Source: an uncultured Clostridia bacterium
Lineage (GTDB): Bacteria > Bacillota > Clostridia > Christensenellales > UBA1242
NCBI GenBank assembly: GCA_945928645.1
Contig: CAMENR010000004.1
Location: forward strand, 1-61,586
Direction: 5' to 3'
Length of the DNA stretch: 61,586 bases
Shown: in pieces, positions 51,296-58,200 of the stretch
How the letters are laid out: every line of letters starts with the position of its first letter
How positions within the stretch are numbered: the stretch's first letter is position 1
Position numbers and translations under genes: made by a program
The notes under the pieces: generated by a model
Seen by the model: only the letters and a program-made list of their open reading frames with translations
What the model was told of the DNA's origin: nothing
The model's database searches: none

Positions 51296-51322
51296 AACAA
51301 AAAAGCACCGGTTGACCGGTGC
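51296..51322 (-). terminator. Rho-independent terminator of the repeat-protein gene
   Basis: GCACCGG / CCGGTGC perfect 7-bp GC-rich stem (51305-51322), 4-nt loop, followed on the minus strand by a T-run (the A-run at 51298-51304 on plus). Confidence 0.7.
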
Positions 51323-51327
51323 AGTTA

Positions 51328-51591
51328 TTAACTTATTTTTGCCATGTTTGGATATAACATTTGCAAGAATAGGTTGCCTCTGCCGACTTGATGACCATAT
51401 CTATCATAGGTGTAATTGCCGTCAAATTTGGCAATTTGATGTCCATAGCCGTCATACAAATAATATGTAGAGCCAGAACTTTGTATTTTGCCAATTTGAT
51501 GACCATACCCATCATAGCACATGGTATTACTGCCACTTTCCTGAATTTTGCCGATTTGGTGACCGTATCTGTCGTAAACTGTTTTTGACAT
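51328..51591 (-). CDS. 87-aa tandem-repeat protein (four YD-x-YGHQ[IV][GA][KR] units), function unknown
   Basis: Strong SD GGAGG (51597-51601 on minus), TGcTATACT extended -10 at 51615-51623 (minus) and its own terminator. Repeats are spaced 20, 20 and 16 aa apart and are also visible as DNA repeats. Confidence 0.7.
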   Translation of the reverse strand: MSKTVYDRYGHQIGKIQESGSNTMCYDGYGHQIGKIQSSGSTYYLYDGYGHQIAKFDGNYTYDRYGHQVGRGNLFLQMLYPNMAKIS

Positions 51592-51687
51592 AAAAACCTC
51601 CTTTAATTATTAAAAGTATAGCACAATTATTTAATTCAAAGCAAGAAAATAAAGTCGCTATGTGTCCGGTTTTTAGTACATTAGTTT

Positions 51688-51696
51688 TGATATACT
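51688..51696 (+). promoter_or_regulatory. Extended -10 TGaTATACT upstream of the mini-ATPase gene
   Basis: TG at 51688-51689, TATACT at 51691-51696. SD TAGGAGG and ATG 51718 lie downstream. Divergent from the repeat-gene promoter in a 126-bp spacer. Confidence 0.4.
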
Positions 51697-51717
51697 ATAA
51701 AAACACTAGGAGGCAAT

Positions 51718-52296
51718 ATGAAACCATACAAAGTAGAATTTGATGAAGTTATATCAGACAAAGACATTAAAGATGGGAATGTTATTATGCTTACAGGGAG
51801 ACCTGGAACAGGGAAAACTTTGACTTGTTGTAGGTTGATAAAGAAATATGAAGGCAAATATAAAAGTCTCTATTTTAATTTGTCAGGCGATGGTTTGTCA
51901 TACTGGTTTAAAAATAAAATCCCTGACAATATACTCAACAGGTATCACACTTCAGTTGAAATTATAAAAAAGGTTGAGGATGTTCTTTCAACTGAAAATT
52001 TGAAATTTGTTTTTATTGATTATTGGCAGTTGATAAATGACCAAGAAGAGTGGTTTATACGAAAGTTAATCGAATTCTCATACAACAATAAAATTGTATT
52101 TATTATTACGACACAATTGCCTAGAAAAATTGTAAAAGGGAAATATCAAATGACTATAAAGAAAAAATTGGCTAAAATGAATAATTTAAGCATCTGGGCA
52201 AGAAAGCACATTGTAATTTGCAGAAAATATGTATATGAATCAAGTGGCGTTGAAGATGATCTGGAGTATTTCGTGTATAGACATGGTTTTGAATAA
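51718..52296 (+). CDS. Stand-alone DnaB-helicase-C-terminal-like (RecA-fold) P-loop ATPase, 192 aa
   Basis: Walker A GRPGTGKT. FVFIDYWQLI matches the DnaB Walker B block (..IDYLQL.). IITTQLPRKI matches the DnaB SQLSR block. No N-terminal DnaB domain. Strong SD. Confidence 0.65.
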   Translation: MKPYKVEFDEVISDKDIKDGNVIMLTGRPGTGKTLTCCRLIKKYEGKYKSLYFNLSGDGLSYWFKNKIPDNILNRYHTSVEIIKKVEDVLSTENLKFVFIDYWQLINDQEEWFIRKLIEFSYNNKIVFIITTQLPRKIVKGKYQMTIKKKLAKMNNLSIWARKHIVICRKYVYESSGVEDDLEYFVYRHGFE

Positions 52297-52322
52297 AATT
52301 TGCCATTTCAATGTACGATTTG

Positions 52323-52351
52323 TTGGATATTGCGAAAAAATATGTTATACT
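52323..52351 (+). promoter_or_regulatory. Candidate promoter of the WYL-nuclease pair (TTGGAT-17-TGtTATACT)
   Basis: TTGGAT at 52323-52328, 17-nt spacer including TG at 52343-52344, TATACT at 52346-52351, 19 nt before ATG 52370. Confidence 0.4.
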
Positions 52352-52369
52352 TACAAAAGAGGTAATATT

Positions 52370-53353
52370 ATGGCAAGTGAGTCAAATAAAAAACTTTCAA
52401 TAATATACACACTTGAAATATTAAAAGAATATAGTGACGAAAACCATTTGTTAACTCAAGCCGATATTGCAAAACTTATATCACAAGTTTATGGTATGGA
52501 GTGCGAAAGGAAGTCTATCGCAACGAATATTGAATCGTTAATTGATTTAGGTATTGATATCATAAAAGTAGCACATAAAGGTTGCTATATCGGGGAGAGA
52601 GTTTTAGAGCCGAGTGAAATTTCGTTCATTATAGATGCGTTGTTTACAAGTAAATCGATAAATGGAAAGCAAGCAAAAGACTTATCTCAAAAATTATCGA
52701 ATTTATTAAGTAGGCATCAACGCAAAAAATATAACTTCATTTATAAGGCAGACAAAGTAACCAGAACAGGGAATTATGACCTTTTCTATAATATTGAGAT
52801 GATACAAGAGGCTATAAGTAACAACAAAAAAATTTCTTTTGTTTATAACAGACCAGGAATAGAAAACAAAAAGAAACCTTATGTTGTAAATCCATATTTT
52901 CTGATAAGCAGTCAGGGAAGATATTATTTGGTTTGCAATTTTGATTATTATAATGAGATTAGCAATTATAAGGTTGATTTCATCAACGATATAAAAATTC
53001 TTGATGAAGAACGCAAACCTATAACTGAAGTAGAGAATTATGAGAATGGCATCGATATAGCGAAGTATGCTAATGAGCACATATATGCATTCAGTGATAA
53101 GACAGTGACGGCAACTTTAAAACTTGCTGACGAAGGGTCGGCTTCGTACATAATTGAATGGTTTGGTAAAGACTCAAAGATATACAAAAAGGGTGATATA
53201 ACTTTTGCGGAAGTTGTATCTAACGAGCAGGCTTTGATTTATTGGTGCATTCAATATGGCGAAAATGTTGAGTTAATACAGCCAAACGACACTAGAAACA
53301 AAATAAAAAATCTAATATCGATGATAAACGATAAATACAATGGAGGTAAGTAA
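52370..53353 (+). CDS. WYL-domain transcriptional regulator (wHTH-WYL-WCX; BrxR/CapW-like architecture)
   Basis: N-terminal wHTH (LSIIYTLEILKEYSDENHLLTQADIAKLI...ERKSIATNIESLIDLGIDI), WYL-type core (GRYYLVCNFDYYNEISNYKVDFINDIKIL), C-terminal extension (LIYWCIQYGENVELIQP). ATG 52370 chosen; track start 52229 lies inside the ATPase gene. Confidence 0.8.
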   Translation: MASESNKKLSIIYTLEILKEYSDENHLLTQADIAKLISQVYGMECERKSIATNIESLIDLGIDIIKVAHKGCYIGERVLEPSEISFIIDALFTSKSINGKQAKDLSQKLSNLLSRHQRKKYNFIYKADKVTRTGNYDLFYNIEMIQEAISNNKKISFVYNRPGIENKKKPYVVNPYFLISSQGRYYLVCNFDYYNEISNYKVDFINDIKILDEERKPITEVENYENGIDIAKYANEHIYAFSDKTVTATLKLADEGSASYIIEWFGKDSKIYKKGDITFAEVVSNEQALIYWCIQYGENVELIQPNDTRNKIKNLISMINDKYNGGK

Positions 53354-53354
53354 T

Positions 53355-55184
53355 ATGGAGAGTGGTAAAAAACCTTTAGACGAGATTTTTAATGGTAACA
53401 AATATTTTTGTATACCTTATTATCAAAGGAGTTACTCTTGGGAAGAAAAACAACTAAAAGATTTTTATGATGATTTTGAAACGCAATATGTAAGTAATTA
53501 CTATTATGGTACTATACTTTTGCAATCAAAAGAAAAAATAAAGAGTAGGGAAATCTTTGATATTGTTGATGGCCAACAAAGATTGACAACATTAATAATT
53601 TTCGTTTCATGTCTTATAAAGCGAATGAGAGAATTAAATTTCAAAGAAAAAGACTGTATCGACCTCGAAAGTTGTTATATTAAAGACGATGAGGGGAGAT
53701 TTATATTGTCTTTGCAAGATGAGGACAACGATTTCTTTAATACTTATGTTCTTGGTGACAAAAATCCAACATCAAAAGAAACACCTTCACAAAAGAGATT
53801 GTTCGATGCGAAAGAGTATTTTACTAACGCACTTAACAATGTTGATGAAGGAAAAATAAACGAATTTATCGATAAAATCTATACAACAAATGTTTTAGTT
53901 TATTTGATGGTAAACGAGATTGAATCATCAATGATTTTTGAAACAACAAACGACCGAGGAAAAGCATTGACAAATCTTGAAAAAACAAAAAGTTTTCTTA
54001 TGTATAAGGCGTGTGTACTTTCGGATGATGCATCGCAAATAATAAACAAAATTCGTTCAAGATTTAATGAAATTTATAGAGACTATTCAGATATTGAAAA
54101 CGATGTCAAAGATGAGAATGCTATATTATACTATTCTTTCATCGCAAATGAAAAATGGGCATCTACAGGCAAAAAGAAAGATTATCAGCACTATATGGAA
54201 ATAATGAAACAAAATGTTGATAAATTTATTACTAAAAAAGACTCAAAAGGATTGCTAAATTATATCGAGAATTATACTCTTCACATTAAAGAGTCTTTTG
54301 CAATCATGAAAAGTATATTGTTAAATAGATGCGATGAATTTCAAGATGTTTTAGCATTAGAGCGTGTTGCGAATTTTTATCCACTTTTTATAAAATGTTA
54401 TGGATTAGATGAAACAGAAGGTAAAGACAACTTTAAATTGATTTGCAGACTTTGTGAAATTTTTAGTTTTAGAATCTATGTTATTCTTGGAAACTTATCA
54501 AACAAAGCACAAACAACATGGTATGCGCTAGCAAGAGATTTTAATGGTGATTTTCAAAAACTTGCAAGTGATATAGTAAAACTTATAAAAAGTATTGATA
54601 CAGAGGATTCGTTTATTGAAAAGTTGCAAGATAAAAAGTTCTATACAACATATGAAACAAGTGAAAGAAATTATTTCTTCTGGAAGTATGAAAACTATCT
54701 TCGAGAAAATGAACAACCAACAGCGACACCTATGTCACATGACGATTTGTTTGAAAAGAAAAATAAAAAGTTAAAATTGTCTATTGAACATATAGTAGCA
54801 CAAAGTAATAATGGGGAGCAAAGCAGGATCATAAGTGATGAATCTGTCATAAAGGTTGGTGTCGCAAGTAAGTTCGAAAAGGAATATTTGCACAGCATTG
54901 GAAATTTGACCATTGATCCTCAATCTGCAAATTCAAGCAAAGGCAAGCAAGATGTTGAGGCTAAAATGACTAAATATTTTGTAAAAGCACCATACAAATG
55001 TCAGAATGAACTTTCTGATTTCCTTATAAAAGAAAAAAAGTCAGAGAGATGGACTATTGAAAGTATTGAAAAACGAAGGGATAAAATTTTGGATTTTGCA
55101 AGAGCAACTTGGTGTGATATTGATAAATATGAAATAGCAGATCAAGATACCAATATTGTGGTTGAAGACGGAGAGGAAGAATAA
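53355..55184 (+). CDS. DUF262-DUF1524 (GmrSD/BrxU-type) type IV restriction-like nuclease
   Basis: N-terminal DUF262 motifs (FCIPYYQRSYSWEEKQ, DIVDGQQRLTTL). C-terminal His-Me/DUF1524 motifs (LSIEHIVAQS, HSIGNLTIDPQSANSSKGKQD). ATG 53355 is 1 nt after the WYL stop, and its SD GGAGG lies inside the WYL gene. Confidence 0.85.
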   Translation: MESGKKPLDEIFNGNKYFCIPYYQRSYSWEEKQLKDFYDDFETQYVSNYYYGTILLQSKEKIKSREIFDIVDGQQRLTTLIIFVSCLIKRMRELNFKEKDCIDLESCYIKDDEGRFILSLQDEDNDFFNTYVLGDKNPTSKETPSQKRLFDAKEYFTNALNNVDEGKINEFIDKIYTTNVLVYLMVNEIESSMIFETTNDRGKALTNLEKTKSFLMYKACVLSDDASQIINKIRSRFNEIYRDYSDIENDVKDENAILYYSFIANEKWASTGKKKDYQHYMEIMKQNVDKFITKKDSKGLLNYIENYTLHIKESFAIMKSILLNRCDEFQDVLALERVANFYPLFIKCYGLDETEGKDNFKLICRLCEIFSFRIYVILGNLSNKAQTTWYALARDFNGDFQKLASDIVKLIKSIDTEDSFIEKLQDKKFYTTYETSERNYFFWKYENYLRENEQPTATPMSHDDLFEKKNKKLKLSIEHIVAQSNNGEQSRIISDESVIKVGVASKFEKEYLHSIGNLTIDPQSANSSKGKQDVEAKMTKYFVKAPYKCQNELSDFLIKEKKSERWTIESIEKRRDKILDFARATWCDIDKYEIADQDTNIVVEDGEEE

Positions 55185-55287
55185 CAGATTATAATATAGA
55201 AAGTTTAGTTTTTTACGGTAAATGGCTTGTTTTTCGAATTAATATGTTTTATAATATAACATGTATTAGAATGCGAGGAGAGTGTCT

Positions 55288-58200
55288 ATGAAATCTAAAA
55301 AACTATGGATGTTTATATCACTTATATTTGTTTTTTCTTTGGTATTTGGACTCACTGGTTGTGGTGGAAATGGAGGCGGAGGAAAGCCAACTGCAACTTT
55401 AGATTACACAATTGAGTTTGTTGTTAATGACCAAGTATATCATAAAGAAGACAAATACTCAAACATGGATTCTATTAACTTGCCAACAAATCCCACTAGG
55501 CAAGGATATTCTTTTGATGGATGGTTTTTGGATAGGTATTCACTAACCGAACAATTTGATGGGACTAATCTTCCTGAAAATGTAGAGAATGGTAAGCTAA
55601 AAGTTTGGGCTAAATGGTCGGAAGTCTTAATTTCAAATATATATTTGGATCAAGATAATATAACAATGATAGAAGGAACAACGTCAGAATTAAATGTTTC
55701 TGTTTATCCTTCTAATGCACTAAATAAATACTTTATCTGGACAAGTTCAGATGAAGAAGTTGTGACAGTTAATAATGGAATTATACAGGCGATAAACGAA
55801 GGGGTAGCCACTATAACTGTAAAAACTTTTGATGGAAAAATTTCAGACACCTGTACAGTAACAGTTAACCCAGTTGTTAATGTGGAAAACATAACATTGG
55901 ATAAGTCTGATTTAACTATAAATACAGGGGACAGCGACACACTTAATGTTTCATTTATGCCCGTTAATGCATCTTTTAAAGAAGTGGAATGGTCTAGTTC
56001 AAATCCTTCAGTAGTTACTGTTAACAATGGAAAGATTACAGGTGTGTCTGGTGGTACTGCCACAATTACTGCGAAAGCGATTCGTGATAACAAAACAGCA
56101 CAATGCGTTGTAACGGTCTTGGATGTCGGTGATTTTGACTTTGTACCATATGGAAATGGTTATGCATTAGCAGGATACTATGGAACTGATACAAATGTAA
56201 CTGTTCCAGAAAAATATAATGGAAAACCTGTTGTTGCAATTGGAGTATCGGGGTCAACAACAAATCCAGGTGGATTTTATAAGTGCTCAAATATAATTTC
56301 GATCAGTTTGCCAACGACTATAAATGAGATCAGTAGCGGTGCATTTGCTTATTGTACATCTCTTGAAAACTTATCTATACCAAATTGCAAAATAATTGGT
56401 AGTTATGCTTTTCAAGATTGTAGTAGTTTAAATAGCATTACTTTGCCTGAAGATTGCCAAACTATATCTAGTGCTGTATTTTATAGATGCAACAGATTAA
56501 AAAATGTTACGATAAATGGTGGAGATATAAATTCATCAATATTTTTGGGTAACACAACAATAGAAGATTTAACTATTGGTGATAAAGTTACTAAAATTGA
56601 CAATGGCAGTTTTACAAATTGTACTTCTTTAAAAAGTTTAACAATTCCTTACATACAATCAAATTTCGGTGATTTATTTGGTTCTGTAATGGTATCGGCA
56701 TCAGTTAAAGATAATTGCGATTGTGAGTCATATATTGGAAGAGAATATAATTATGGAGGCACTCACTATATATTCCAAGTGCCAAATGGTAGCATATGGT
56801 ATGCAAACGAGAGATGGTTTACTTACGGGAATAGAGATGTTATGTATCAGATGGAACCTATAGAGGTGTCATCTTGGAGTAATTATGAAATTTATGCTAC
56901 ACTATACGGAAGTAAAATTACACTTGATACATATAAAGCTCCAAGTTACGCTAGGATGAAGTGCTATTATATCCCTCGTTCACTTTCATTGTTGACTATT
57001 ACAAATCAAGCTATTTCAAAGAGAAGTCCATATTTTAATAATTGTCCTTTTGAAATAGACATTTTAAAGAAATTACCAATATCAAAAATAGAATTAAATG
57101 GAAATACTGAAGTATTTATTGATGAGTTTGATTTTTCAAATTACAGTTTCACTGTAACTAGGTCGGATGATACGAAAGAAACGGTTAAATCATTCAAAGA
57201 TTATATTAGTGAGACAGATCAAGAATTATTAAAAACGCTTGGAACACATTCTGTCACTATAACTTATGAAAATTTTGAGAGTGTGGTAAATTTTGTTGTA
57301 AAGAATCATTCTTTTGACAACGCTGTCTTTAATTCAGATACTGTAGTTTACGATGGAAATGCTAAAAGCATATTTGTTACAAACATCCCAGAGGGAACAG
57401 ATGTCGTTTATGAAAATAATGGTCAGACAGAAAATGGTGAATATACTGTTAAGGCAACATTATCAAAGGACAATTATGATACAAAAGTTTTAACAGCTAA
57501 ATTAACTATTGAAAAGGCAACATACGACATGAGTAAGGTTGTTTTTAACAATAAAACTGTAACTTACAACAAAGAAGTCCAGAGCTTAGATGTTGAGAAC
57601 TTACCTGAAGGAGTTTACGTAACTTACGAAAACAATAATAAAATAGATGCAGGAACATATAATGTAGTTGCAAAATTTTCATCAAGCAATCCAAATTATA
57701 ATGAAATTGCAGATAAAAGAGCGACATTAACTATTGAACAGTTAGAGCTACAGGTGCGCTTTGAAGGAAGTACAACCGTAAAATATACAGGTGAAGTGCA
57801 AAAAACAATTTCGGTATATGCTACTAATGTAATTGATGGCGATGATCTTGAAATCGATTTGGATTACAGCGGTGCTATGGTAAATGCGGGAACTTATACA
57901 GTAACAGCATCTATTTGGCATAAAAATTATAAATTAACAACAAACAATACAACGAGAGTTAGAATCACACGAGAAGTACATACGATAACATTTAGACAAG
58001 AAGGTCAAAAAGATAAAGTTCTGTCAGTATATGATTTGGCTTCTTGTAATAAGCCGGCATATATACCTGTTGAAGGATATACGATAGAGTGGGAGGATGT
58101 GGATTTATCGTGTGTTACTGAAGATAAAGTTGTTAATGCAATACTAACTCCTAATGAATATACAATTTCATTTGTTTCAAATGGTGGAAGTGAGACAGAC

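Noticed and set aside
51333-51588. Overlapping 66-67-aa ORFs (both strands) within the repeat-protein gene
   Set aside because: Only the 51328-51591 minus frame has an SD, a promoter, a terminator and a coherent repeat structure at the protein level.
52229-52369. Track start 52229 for the WYL regulator
   Set aside because: It would overlap the ATPase gene by 68 nt and add a non-homologous Cys-rich leader. ATG 52370 gives the typical wHTH N-terminus and has a promoter and SD.
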